Shown here: piece after piece, positions 39,065 to 47,591 of the stretch
How positions within the stretch are numbered: the first letter of the stretch is position 1
Layout of the letters: the number at the start of each line of letters is the position of its first letter
Assembly: GCA_041396965.1 (NCBI GenBank)
Contig: JAWKXN010000001.1
Span: forward strand, 321,438-385,437
Origin: Rickettsiales bacterium
Lineage (GTDB): Bacteria > Pseudomonadota > Alphaproteobacteria > Rickettsiales > SXRF01
Reading direction: 5' to 3'
Length of the DNA stretch: 64,000 nt
Translations under genes and position numbers: made by a program
Notes under the pieces: model-generated
The model's input: the letters and a program-made list of their open reading frames with translations, nothing else
Databases searched by the model: none
Told to the model about the DNA's origin: nothing

Positions 39065-39234
39065 GTTTTCATATAATTGTCTTTTCAATATATTATATTA
39101 TAGTAAGCTTATTTGCCGATATTTGGTTTTTGTCATGTCACTTACGTGTGGTTTCAGTAATTGGTTAAACTATTTGTAATCAATGCGGTAAGTGATACGC
39201 TAGTACAAACTATTCTTAGTGGAATTTATAAATT

Positions 39235-40461
39235 ATGATAGTAGTCCAGAAGTCAGCCGAAACCAAATTGATGGAAATGTTAGGGTTTATCCATAACCCA
39301 GATGGTTGGTGGGCTATACATTTTCATCTGGACACTCTTCTTGAGCAATATAAAAGCGAATATCAGTTTAAGATAGCTATAAATTTAATCAGAGATTTAC
39401 TTAAAGGCTATGAAGGTGGAATTTACTATATGGCGGATCACAGCATAATAGTAGTGTGCTGCGATCTTGAACATAACATAATGAATAAGCTTATTTTCCA
39501 GTTGCGCTATCTATATATGGACGATCCGGTTAGTTATCTTGACGATGGTGAGGAAAATTCAGATTTTTGTACCATATATAATCTGAGTGATAATTTCCAA
39601 GATTTTATGGATATGTGCGGAAAACGTATGGCGTTTCTTGTTCGTCGGAACTCAGCGGCGGAAAGAGCTGGCAATCTTGCTATGTCAGAGGAATCACCAC
39701 GTTCGGTTAAAAGAAAGTTTGACGTATCAAGTCTTGCTGCTGTTGAAAGAGATTTACAGAAGGCTGATATACAGCGTGTTCTTCGCCGTCAACCAGTTTG
39801 TGCCGTGTCTCCAGATATGAGCATGCGTAGAATTTTTGAGGAGATGTATATAAATATAATGCATCTACGTCAGCTTCTTAAAACGGATGTTGATTTTTTA
39901 AGTAACCGCTGGTTATTCAAATATATGACACAGTTGCTTGATAATCGGATGCTTGAATTATTTCGTGGTAACATAAACAGATATACCGGAAGTCCCGTAA
40001 GTCTGAATCTAAATGTTGAGACTATTATATCAAGCCGTTTTGCCAAATTTGATTCCATGATAAAACCATCATCAAAGGTTGCCATAGTAATAGAGATACC
40101 AGCTATAGATGTGTTTGTTGATATAAACGCTTTTAAGGTAGCAAGAGATGAGGCGCAAAGGCTTGGTTATCGTGTTTGTCTTGATGGTGTAAGCGTTGAT
40201 AGTTTTCTGATGGTAAACAGCAAAAAGTTAGGGATTGATTTGGTGAAGATGCAGTGGAACGCTGATATAGAGGATGATCTCAACAATACAGCCAATTTAG
40301 AAATATCAGAAGCGATACGAAATTTTGGCAGTAACCGTGTGATATTATGTCGCTGTGATAACAAAGAAGCGGTACAATATGGTCAGGCGCTTGGTATATC
40401 TCTATTTCAGGGACGTTATATAGATAAGATAATCACCCCTGATCTAAAAATAGAGAATTGA
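39235..40461 (+). CDS. degenerate EAL-domain protein (possibly a degenerate GGDEF-EAL tandem)
   Basis: 408 aa. The C-terminal half follows the EAL fold order, but most catalytic motifs are replaced (see finding). The N-terminal half has a GGDEF-like fold pattern with MADHS in place of GGDEF. Confidence 0.55.
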   Translation: MIVVQKSAETKLMEMLGFIHNPDGWWAIHFHLDTLLEQYKSEYQFKIAINLIRDLLKGYEGGIYYMADHSIIVVCCDLEHNIMNKLIFQLRYLYMDDPVSYLDDGEENSDFCTIYNLSDNFQDFMDMCGKRMAFLVRRNSAAERAGNLAMSEESPRSVKRKFDVSSLAAVERDLQKADIQRVLRRQPVCAVSPDMSMRRIFEEMYINIMHLRQLLKTDVDFLSNRWLFKYMTQLLDNRMLELFRGNINRYTGSPVSLNLNVETIISSRFAKFDSMIKPSSKVAIVIEIPAIDVFVDINAFKVARDEAQRLGYRVCLDGVSVDSFLMVNSKKLGIDLVKMQWNADIEDDLNNTANLEISEAIRNFGSNRVILCRCDNKEAVQYGQALGISLFQGRYIDKIITPDLKIEN

Positions 40462-40483
40462 TCTGATGTAAGGAGTCTAATAA

Positions 40484-41239
40484 TTGATGTTCACCGTAAT
40501 TGAGACAATGGATGCCAGATATATTTGGTCTGGGGTAATTTGGGCGATAGTAATGGGACTTGCCGTCGGAAACTATGCCTGTTCACTTATTCACCGTTTG
40601 CCACGTGGTCGTTTGCTACTTGATAAAAAACCATATTGCGGTAGCTGCGGAGCTTTGCTTCAGGTGCGTGACCTGTTTCCGGTAATCTCCGCTGTGCTAC
40701 TTCGTCATAGATGTCGTTATTGCGGAACTTCTTATCCAACTTCACATACCGTAACTGAGTTGCTACTTGCTTCTATATTTGTATTTGCCTTTCTTAAGTA
40801 TGATTTCAGTGATATGGCGATACTCACAATTACTTTATCAGCTTTTTTGATTATTCTTGCCGCTATAGAAGTAAATGAAAAAATTATCATGGGTAAGGTA
40901 ATAATATGCACGATTATAGTCGGTATGCTGCTTAGGGTTTACACTGATGGAGTGTTGTTCAATTTCGTGCTTGGCGGGTTGTTCGCCACTGTTATCGGCG
41001 CGGTAGTCTGGAGAAAATCCATTGAAAAAGTTGGGCATATATATCGTCTACCAAAACAAGCGGAAATTATGGCAATGGCTGGTATATGCGTAGGTGCTAA
41101 GCTGTTCCCGCTATTTTTACTATTATTTATAGGATTTACGTTTGCTATATGGTTATATGCCAAAATTAGCAGTGGTGTGTTTTATATTACTATACCGCTT
41201 GGTTTAGCTATTATGTCTACCATTTTTTATGCTAGTTAG
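40484..41239 (+). CDS. A24-family prepilin-peptidase homolog with non-canonical active-site positions
   Basis: 251 aa. The N-terminal CGSCG...CRYCG zinc-knuckle pair and the polytopic body resemble PilD-type peptidases. The expected catalytic Asp positions read Glu (E129, E194). AGGAG lies 8 nt upstream of the TTG/ATG start. Confidence 0.7.
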   Translation: MMFTVIETMDARYIWSGVIWAIVMGLAVGNYACSLIHRLPRGRLLLDKKPYCGSCGALLQVRDLFPVISAVLLRHRCRYCGTSYPTSHTVTELLLASIFVFAFLKYDFSDMAILTITLSAFLIILAAIEVNEKIIMGKVIICTIIVGMLLRVYTDGVLFNFVLGGLFATVIGAVVWRKSIEKVGHIYRLPKQAEIMAMAGICVGAKLFPLFLLLFIGFTFAIWLYAKISSGVFYITIPLGLAIMSTIFYAS

Positions 41240-41285
41240 ATAGCGCAAATAAACTGCACGACTGGTTAAAATAAAAATAATAACA

Positions 41286-42503
41286 ATGAATAACCATAAA
41301 AAATATTGGCTTACGGTAATTGGCATCAATGAGGATGGGATTTCTGGTCTGTCGCAAGACGCACGTTCTCATATTGAGAATGCTGAATTAGTTATTGGTG
41401 GCGCGCGTCATTTAGAATTGGCTAAAGACTTAATAACAGGCAAAAGTGAAATTTGGCAAAGTCCAATTGAAAGAACAATTGAGCAAATTATGCGACCGAC
41501 CGCTTGCCACAGACCTCTGACCACTGTCCTAGCATCTGGTGATCCATTTTGTTACGGGATAGGAGCTACTCTTAATCGTTTTATTCCCATAGATGAGATG
41601 CTGGTTATTCCCGCGCCTTCCTGTTTTTCTTTAGCGGCGGCAAGGCTCGGTTGGGCATTGCAGGATACGGTAACTATTGGGCTTAACGGTAGAGCTTTGG
41701 AAAAAATAATTCCACACTTGCAGCCAAACGCGAAAATAATGGCACTATCAACCGATGAAACAACACCACACTTGTTGATGGAACTGCTTAAAAAGCGTGG
41801 TTTTGATGAGATAAAATTTTTGGTGTTGGAACATCTAGGAGGTGAAAAGGAGCGTATAGTTGAGTTCAAAGAAGAAGATAACTACGCTCGCCTTAATATG
41901 ATAGCGCTTGAGATAATGGAGAATTCAGCAGGAAATATAATACCAATTTCTAGCGGCATAGATGATAGTTTTTTTGAGCATGACGGACAATTAACCAAAC
42001 GGGAAATACGGGCGATTACTTTGTCTAGTCTTGCTCCTAAGAGAGGGCAATTGCTGTGGGATATTGGTTTGGGAGCAGGTTCTATCGCCATTGAGTGGAT
42101 GCTTCATAACTCATCTAATCGCGCTATTGGTTTTGAGAAAATTCCTGAGCGGGCCGAACGTGCGAAACGTAACGCGATAAATCTTGGAGTACCAGACTTA
42201 CGGATAATAGAAGGCAGCGTACCAGATAGTTTGCGGGAAATAGAAGCACCAGACGCGATTTTTATCGGCGGTGGAGCTGGCAATCCCAAAGTGATTGAGA
42301 CGGCATGGAGCGCTCTTAAAAAAGGCGGTAGGATGGTTATAAACTCTGTGACTGTTGAAACGGAAGCTACGATTCTAGCGGCGTACAAAAAATATGGCGG
42401 TGATATAATCCGTATTGGTATAGAGCGTTCAGAGGCGGTGGGAACGATGACAGGTTTGCGTCCCGCTATGAGTGTGTTGCAATGGAGCGTGGTAAAATAT
42501 TGA
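41286..42503 (+). CDS. cobL: precorrin-6Y C5,15-methyltransferase (decarboxylating), CbiE/CbiT fusion
   Basis: 405 aa with an N-terminal tetrapyrrole methylase domain and a C-terminal SAM-MTase domain (LWDIGLGAGSIAIEW). Confidence 0.9.
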   Translation: MNNHKKYWLTVIGINEDGISGLSQDARSHIENAELVIGGARHLELAKDLITGKSEIWQSPIERTIEQIMRPTACHRPLTTVLASGDPFCYGIGATLNRFIPIDEMLVIPAPSCFSLAAARLGWALQDTVTIGLNGRALEKIIPHLQPNAKIMALSTDETTPHLLMELLKKRGFDEIKFLVLEHLGGEKERIVEFKEEDNYARLNMIALEIMENSAGNIIPISSGIDDSFFEHDGQLTKREIRAITLSSLAPKRGQLLWDIGLGAGSIAIEWMLHNSSNRAIGFEKIPERAERAKRNAINLGVPDLRIIEGSVPDSLREIEAPDAIFIGGGAGNPKVIETAWSALKKGGRMVINSVTVETEATILAAYKKYGGDIIRIGIERSEAVGTMTGLRPAMSVLQWSVVKY

Positions 42504-42556
42504 CTTATGAGAGTTATTTTTGTATGATATAAATATGATTATCATCATATAAATAT
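42500..42556 (+). promoter_or_regulatory. candidate sigma70-type promoter and operator repeats of parDE
   Basis: TTGACT (42500-42505, overlapping the cobL stop), a 17-nt spacer, then TATGAT (42523-42528). Direct 13-mers ATGATATAAATAT (42524-42536) and ATCATATAAATAT (42544-42556) flank GATTATC. Confidence 0.5.
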
Positions 42557-42572
42557 ATAAATCGGAGATCAC

Positions 42573-42830
42573 ATGACAATGCTACGTAAAACTATTACTA
42601 TATCAGATACTATGGAAAGCTGGGTGAAATCTCAGATTAACAGTGGTTTATATGGTAATGATAGTGAATATTTTCGTGATTTGATTAGAAGGGATCAAAG
42701 CCAAAAATTAGCGGAGCAGCGTTTACGTTCCCTTGTTGATGATAGTCTAGAAAGTGGAATAAGTGAGTCAAAAATCCCTGATATTATGAGGAAAGTTGAA
42801 GATAGGCTCATTAAAAATGGCAAACTATAA
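42573..42830 (+). CDS. parD: type II antitoxin ParD (RHH)
   Basis: 85 aa. TITISDTMESWVKSQINSGLYGNDSEYFRDLIRRDQ is the classical ParD pattern. Confidence 0.88.
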   Translation: MTMLRKTITISDTMESWVKSQINSGLYGNDSEYFRDLIRRDQSQKLAEQRLRSLVDDSLESGISESKIPDIMRKVEDRLIKNGKL

Positions 42831-43119
42831 GCTTACCAATAACGCGGAAAGTAATTTAGATAATATTTATGAATACTCTATTCTAAATTTTGGATTAGAA
42901 ATCGCCAGAAAATATATGTTGGGATTACATGAGTGTTTTGATTTATTGGCAAAAAATCCGACATGGGGTAGTAATTATGGGTTCATATGTAATGGATTGT
43001 TGCGCTATGAATACCGTTCGCATGCGATATATTACATTAATGATAAGAAAAATATTTTGATACTAAATATTTTGGGCGGAAAGCAAGACCCTATTTTGAG
43101 TGTAGAGTTTAATTTTTAG
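42817..43119 (+). CDS. parE: type II toxin ParE
   Basis: YKLTNNAESNLDNIYEYS...HAIYYINDKKNILILNILGGKQD. I prefer ATG 42817 (14-nt overlap with parD) over the ORF-track start at 42796. Confidence 0.88.
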   Translation: MANYKLTNNAESNLDNIYEYSILNFGLEIARKYMLGLHECFDLLAKNPTWGSNYGFICNGLLRYEYRSHAIYYINDKKNILILNILGGKQDPILSVEFNF

Positions 43120-43126
43120 GTGTTAG

Positions 43127-43519
43127 ATGAATAATTCCATAATCGCAATTGGTATTGGTTGTCGCAAGAATTGCTCAGTTGCCGAAATAATAGAACTGAT
43201 ACATACAGCTTTAGAAAAAATTGATATGGTCGTTACCGATATAACGGTTATGGCAACAGCATGGGTGAAAGAAAAAGAAGATTGTATAATAAATTCCGCC
43301 GATGCTCTTGATATACCATTAGTTATTATATCAAAAGAAAAATGTGAGGAAATGGCCGGTATGGAGCAGACAGTATCGCAAAAAGTAATAGAGTTATTTT
43401 CCATTCCATCAGTGGCGGAAACCGCTGCTCTTGCCGCCGCTGGAAAGGGAGCTAAACTTATTTGCTCACGCGTAAATTCAGCGTCCGCTACTTGCGCCAT
43501 AGCACTAGGAGAGGGGTAG
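43127..43519 (+). CDS. cobE: cobalamin biosynthesis protein CobE (CbiG C-terminal domain only)
   Basis: 130 aa with IAIGIGCRKNCS...SVAETAALAAAG... Confidence 0.8.
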   Translation: MNNSIIAIGIGCRKNCSVAEIIELIHTALEKIDMVVTDITVMATAWVKEKEDCIINSADALDIPLVIISKEKCEEMAGMEQTVSQKVIELFSIPSVAETAALAAAGKGAKLICSRVNSASATCAIALGEG

Positions 43520-44272
43520 ATGACGATTCATTTTATTGGAGCGGGACCGGGTGCCGCCGACATGATAACATTGCGTGGAAAGAAATTGATAGAATCGTCT
43601 CCCATCTGTCTTTACGCCGGTTCACTTGTGCCTGAGGAAATGCTTAGCTGGTGTCCTAAGGGCGCGAAAATTGTTAATACCGCCCCGCTGGATTTAGATA
43701 AAATAGAAGCGGAATTTATTGATGCTCATGAAAAAGGATTAGACGTGGCGAGGCTTCATAGTGGTGATTTATCCATATGGTCGGCGATGGGTGAGCAGAT
43801 ACGCCTTTTGAAAAAACTTGGTATTCCCCATACGATTACAGCAGGCGTACCATCTTTCGCCGCCTCTGCTGCCGCTCTTTCGTGCGAATTAACATTGCCG
43901 GAGTTGGCGCAATCATTAGTCTTAACCCGTACCAGTGGTAGAGCGTCCGCCATGCCCGAAGGTGAGTCTCTTGCCACGTTTGCTAAGACGGGAGCGACAA
44001 TTGCCGTTCACCTATCAATCCACGCTCTGGATAAGGTAGTAGATGAGCTTGCTCCGATTTTAGGAAAAGATTGTCCAGTCGCTGTTGTCTACCGCGCGAC
44101 ATGGGAAGATGAGAAAATCATCCGCGCGACACTTGGTACGATTGAGAAATTGGTGGATAATAAGGAAATAGAACGTACTGCTCTTATTATAGTAGGAAAA
44201 GTATTAGCGGAAGAAAATTTTCGTGACTCCGCCCTTTATGATGCTGATTACCACCGGAGGTATCGTAGTTAA
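43520..44272 (+). CDS. cobM: precorrin-4 C11-methyltransferase
   Basis: 250 aa with [20 protein letters not shown] and ...[10 protein letters not shown]. Confidence 0.92.
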   Translation: MTIHFIGAGPGAADMITLRGKKLIESSPICLYAGSLVPEEMLSWCPKGAKIVNTAPLDLDKIEAEFIDAHEKGLDVARLHSGDLSIWSAMGEQIRLLKKLGIPHTITAGVPSFAASAAALSCELTLPELAQSLVLTRTSGRASAMPEGESLATFAKTGATIAVHLSIHALDKVVDELAPILGKDCPVAVVYRATWEDEKIIRATLGTIEKLVDNKEIERTALIIVGKVLAEENFRDSALYDADYHRRYRS

Positions 44273-45330
44273 ACTCTCGCAAGCAACTCGCCATTGCGGT
44301 CAAAAATTACTATTTCTAACTCTATGTCAGCATTCCTTATTACTTCTTGCGCTGTTTTAAGCGCTTTTTCAGCCACGACAGACGCTATGTTATAACCATG
44401 TTTTCCTGCTATTTCCAAAGCGTGTTTTGCGGTATTTGCCTGTTTGATTTCCTCAATTCCGCTGATTTTGGCAAGAAAATTAACATCAACACTGCCAGCC
44501 CGTGAGTGCAAGTCTAATAACCCTTGCGCCAGTTTGCACATTTTGCCAAAACCACCCGCTATCGTCACTTTTTCTATAGGGTGGTTGCGTAGATATTTTA
44601 ACATTCCGCCTACAAAATCACCCATATCAATAAGTGTGTCTTCCGGCATACTATATAATTTGCTTACCGCGAGTTCTGAGGTTCTGCCGGTTGCTCCTGC
44701 TACATGTTTGATTTCGGCGGCACGAGCAACGTCAATGCCACGATAAATGGAATGAATCCACGCCGAGCAAGAGAAGGGGATGACAATTCCAGTAGTCCCT
44801 AAAATAGAAATACCTCCTAAAATCCCCAGTCTTGGGTTTAGTGTTTTGAGCGCTAATTTTTCCCCGTCTTTTACTGATATCTCAATCTCCACATCATTAT
44901 TTACATTATATTTCTTGGCTATTTCCTCTATAGCCGTTGCTATTATCTGTCTTGGCATAGGATTGATGGCAGGTTCGCCAACATCAAGAGGCAGTCCGGC
45001 TTTGGTAACTTTTCCTACGCCTTTGCCAGCAGAAAATAGAATGCCGCCGCCTTTTTTAGCATAACTGACTTTAGCCGTTATCACCGCGCCATGTGTAACA
45101 TCAGGATCATCGCCTGCGTCTTTTACTACACTAGCGGTAGCGTATGTTTCAGATAGCTCTGTATGAGCTAAGGAAAAAAACGGGCGCTCGCCACGTGGTA
45201 GCGATACATCAATCATATCAGGGAATTTTCCGGTGATTAATGCCTCAAACGCCGCTTTCGCCGCCGCCGCCGCGCATGTGCCGGTCGTCCAGCCTCTACG
45301 CAAATCGCTATTTGGTTTAGATTCTTTCAT
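44269..45330 (-). CDS. cbiD: cobalt-precorrin-5B (C1)-methyltransferase
   Basis: 353 aa with [18 protein letters not shown] and ...[12 protein letters not shown]. Confidence 0.92.
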   Translation of the reverse strand: MKESKPNSDLRRGWTTGTCAAAAAKAAFEALITGKFPDMIDVSLPRGERPFFSLAHTELSETYATASVVKDAGDDPDVTHGAVITAKVSYAKKGGGILFSAGKGVGKVTKAGLPLDVGEPAINPMPRQIIATAIEEIAKKYNVNNDVEIEISVKDGEKLALKTLNPRLGILGGISILGTTGIVIPFSCSAWIHSIYRGIDVARAAEIKHVAGATGRTSELAVSKLYSMPEDTLIDMGDFVGGMLKYLRNHPIEKVTIAGGFGKMCKLAQGLLDLHSRAGSVDVNFLAKISGIEEIKQANTAKHALEIAGKHGYNIASVVAEKALKTAQEVIRNADIELEIVIFDRNGELLARV

Positions 45331-45399
45331 AAACCTGTTGTAGCTGAGTTTGCTATGTTATATCAAACAGATATAGTCATTTAAGGTAATTTTTACCGC

Positions 45400-45498
45400 A
45401 AACGACTATTAAAACCATCACCGAAAGTGGTGGTTTTACGCCGCGAAGCGGGCGGGATTACTTTATTTTTGTCTATAAAAATAAAGTGAAACGACTAT
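45400..45498. repeat. three-hairpin intergenic element bounded by a 10-nt direct repeat
   Basis: The direct repeat AAACGACTAT occurs at 45400-45409 and 45489-45498. Between the copies are three hairpins: AAAACCATCAC-CGAAA-GTGGTGGTTTT (45411-45437), CGCCGC-GAA-GCGGGCG (45439-45454) and ACTTTATTTTT-GTCTAT-AAAAATAAAGT (45460-45487). Confidence 0.6.
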
Positions 45499-45518
45499 AA
45501 ACTCAGAAATGGTAAAAT

Positions 45519-46871
45519 ATGGTGAAAACTTTAATGGTTGCCGCGCCCCGTTCTGGCTCCGGTAAAACTACGGTAACACTTGGATTGCTCAGGGCTTTAG
45601 CACGGCGTGGTATAAAAATATCCTCGTTCAAATGTGGTCCTGATTATATAGATCCAGCATTTCATAAGGTGGCGACAGGACGTAGTTGTTATAATCTTGA
45701 TAGCTGGACAATGCCAGAGCATGTGCTTGCCGCAAATTTTAGACGAGGAATAGGTGGCGCAGAATTTGTGATAGCCGAAGGCTCTATGGGGCTATTTGAT
45801 GGGGTGGCTATGGATGGCGCTAGCGGTAATGGGGCATCTTCAGATATAGCTGCTCGTTTTAACATGCCGGTTCTCTTAGTTGTTGACGCAAGCGGTCACT
45901 CGCAGTCGGCAGGGGCGGTCGCTCTTGGGTTTAATAATTTCAATCCAGATATTAAAATCGCTGGTGTGGTGCTTGGGAATATAGCAAGTGAACGTCATTA
46001 TAATCTGGCGAAGATTGGAGTGGAGAAAGCGGGAATAAAAGTATTTGGGTTCTTGCCACGTGGCTCTGTTCCCCCCATACCAGAGCGGCATTTAGGATTG
46101 GTTCAGGCGGGAGAAATAGCGAATATTGAAAAAATGATTGACGCGGTGGCGGATTCCATAGAAAAACACTTAGATATTGATAGTATTTCGGCAATGGCTT
46201 GTCATCCCGCACTTGTTGCGGGATCTAGGAATAAAACCACAGACTTAATTTGTAATTTTATACCCCGCGACAAGTGTGGGGCGGCAGTGCGAAGAATCGC
46301 CTTAGCGTCCGACATAGTATTTTCATTCATGTATGAGCATGTTTTAGCGGGTTGGCGGGAAAGTGGTATAGAGATTATCCCATTTTCACCACTTGCGGAT
46401 GAGCCTCCGGATATGGATGCCGATCTATGTTGGCTGGCTGGTGGTTATCCTGAATTGCATGCTAACACACTATCTAGTAATAAAAATTTTCTACATGGAT
46501 TACAGGAGTTCGCTACAGAAAAACCAGTGCATGGTGAGTGTGGTGGCTATATGGTACTCGGTGAGGCGATTATTGACGCGGGCGGAGCGGAACATAAAAT
46601 GGCAGGACTACTTCCGCTTGTCACTTCATTCTCAAGTAAAAAGTTGCATCTCGGCTATCGTAAAGTAACGCTTGCCACTGACTGCCCAATAGGATTAAAG
46701 GAGAGCATAGTACGTGGGCACGAGTTCCATTATGCTACCGTAATAAAACAGGGTGAAGCTGAATCTATAGGTGATATAGAAGACGCTAACGGATATGCGC
46801 TTGGCTCAGCGGGAATGAAATCGGGTAATGTATCAGGAACATTTTTTCATATGGTGGCGGGTGAGGAATAA
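45519..46871 (+). CDS. cobB: cobyrinate a,c-diamide synthase
   Basis: 450 aa with an N-terminal P-loop AAPRSGSGKTTVT and a C-terminal GATase with GECGGYMVLG. Confidence 0.92.
   Translation: MVKTLMVAAPRSGSGKTTVTLGLLRALARRGIKISSFKCGPDYIDPAFHKVATGRSCYNLDSWTMPEHVLAANFRRGIGGAEFVIAEGSMGLFDGVAMDGASGNGASSDIAARFNMPVLLVVDASGHSQSAGAVALGFNNFNPDIKIAGVVLGNIASERHYNLAKIGVEKAGIKVFGFLPRGSVPPIPERHLGLVQAGEIANIEKMIDAVADSIEKHLDIDSISAMACHPALVAGSRNKTTDLICNFIPRDKCGAAVRRIALASDIVFSFMYEHVLAGWRESGIEIIPFSPLADEPPDMDADLCWLAGGYPELHANTLSSNKNFLHGLQEFATEKPVHGECGGYMVLGEAIIDAGGAEHKMAGLLPLVTSFSSKKLHLGYRKVTLATDCPIGLKESIVRGHEFHYATVIKQGEAESIGDIEDANGYALGSAGMKSGNVSGTFFHMVAGEE
46206..46281. repeat. palindromic module inside the cobB inter-domain linker
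   Basis: CCCGCACTTGTTGCGGG (46206-46222) and CCCCGCGACAAGTGTGGGG (46263-46281) are inverted copies (15/17), and each is itself a hairpin. In frame the module encodes PALVAGSRNKTTDLICNFIPRDKCGA. Confidence 0.5.
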
Positions 46872-46874
46872 AAA

Positions 46875-47591
46875 ATGGTAGGTAAAATAATATTGGTTGG
46901 GGCGGGATGTGGTAATCCTGAACTCCTTACGCTTAAAGCTGTTAGGGTTCTTAAAGAAGCCGAAATTGTCCTTTACGATAAACTGGTCTCACCGGAAGTG
47001 CTAGCGATGGCAAACCCGCAAGCGGAAAAAATATCGGTGGGCAAAAAAGGGCACGGAAAATCATGCCGCCAATCCGATATTAATGAAATGATGGTAAGAT
47101 TCGCCCTTGACGGCAAAATTGTGGTGCGTCTTAAAGGCGGCGATCCGCTTATATTCAGCCGTGCGGCAGAGGAAATGGCAGCGGCAAGAGGGGCGGGAAT
47201 AGAGGTGGAAGTTGTTTCTGGAATTACTACAGCACAATCCGTAGCTGCTATTCTTGGTTTCCCACTGACCCACAGGGAATCAGCGAGGAGATTGCAATTC
47301 GTAACCGGTCATGACCATAAAGGCGGGCTTCCCGAAGGAGTTGACTGGCAGGCGGTCGCTGATGAAAACGCGACAACGGTCGTTTACATGCCAAAGAAAA
47401 CGCTTTCGGCGTTAAGCGAAAAAATTCAAGAATTTGGTCTTAACCCTGATACTCCAGCGGTTGCGGTCATGAACGCCACTTTGCCAAGCCAGAAAATAAT
47501 AAAAGGGACAATCAATACAATTCCACAACTACTAGAGGACACGACTATGGAAGGTGCGGTTCTAGTTGTTATTGGTAAGGTGGTTAACTGA
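46875..47591 (+). CDS. cobA: uroporphyrinogen-III C-methyltransferase (SUMT)
   Basis: 238 aa with GKIILVGAGCGNPELLTLKAVRVLKEAEIVLYD and ...VRLKGGDP. Confidence 0.9.
   Translation: MVGKIILVGAGCGNPELLTLKAVRVLKEAEIVLYDKLVSPEVLAMANPQAEKISVGKKGHGKSCRQSDINEMMVRFALDGKIVVRLKGGDPLIFSRAAEEMAAARGAGIEVEVVSGITTAQSVAAILGFPLTHRESARRLQFVTGHDHKGGLPEGVDWQAVADENATTVVYMPKKTLSALSEKIQEFGLNPDTPAVAVMNATLPSQKIIKGTINTIPQLLEDTTMEGAVLVVIGKVVN

Noticed and set aside
43123-43500. 125-aa minus-strand ORF
   Set aside because: It is antisense to cobE, which has the CbiG C-terminal domain pattern and fits the cobL-...-cobM operon.
45331-45518. Possible second cobalamin riboswitch in the cbiD/cobB divergent spacer
   Set aside because: I found no B12 box or GCCACTG-like core on either strand. 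The structure there is better described as three simple hairpins bounded by a direct repeat.
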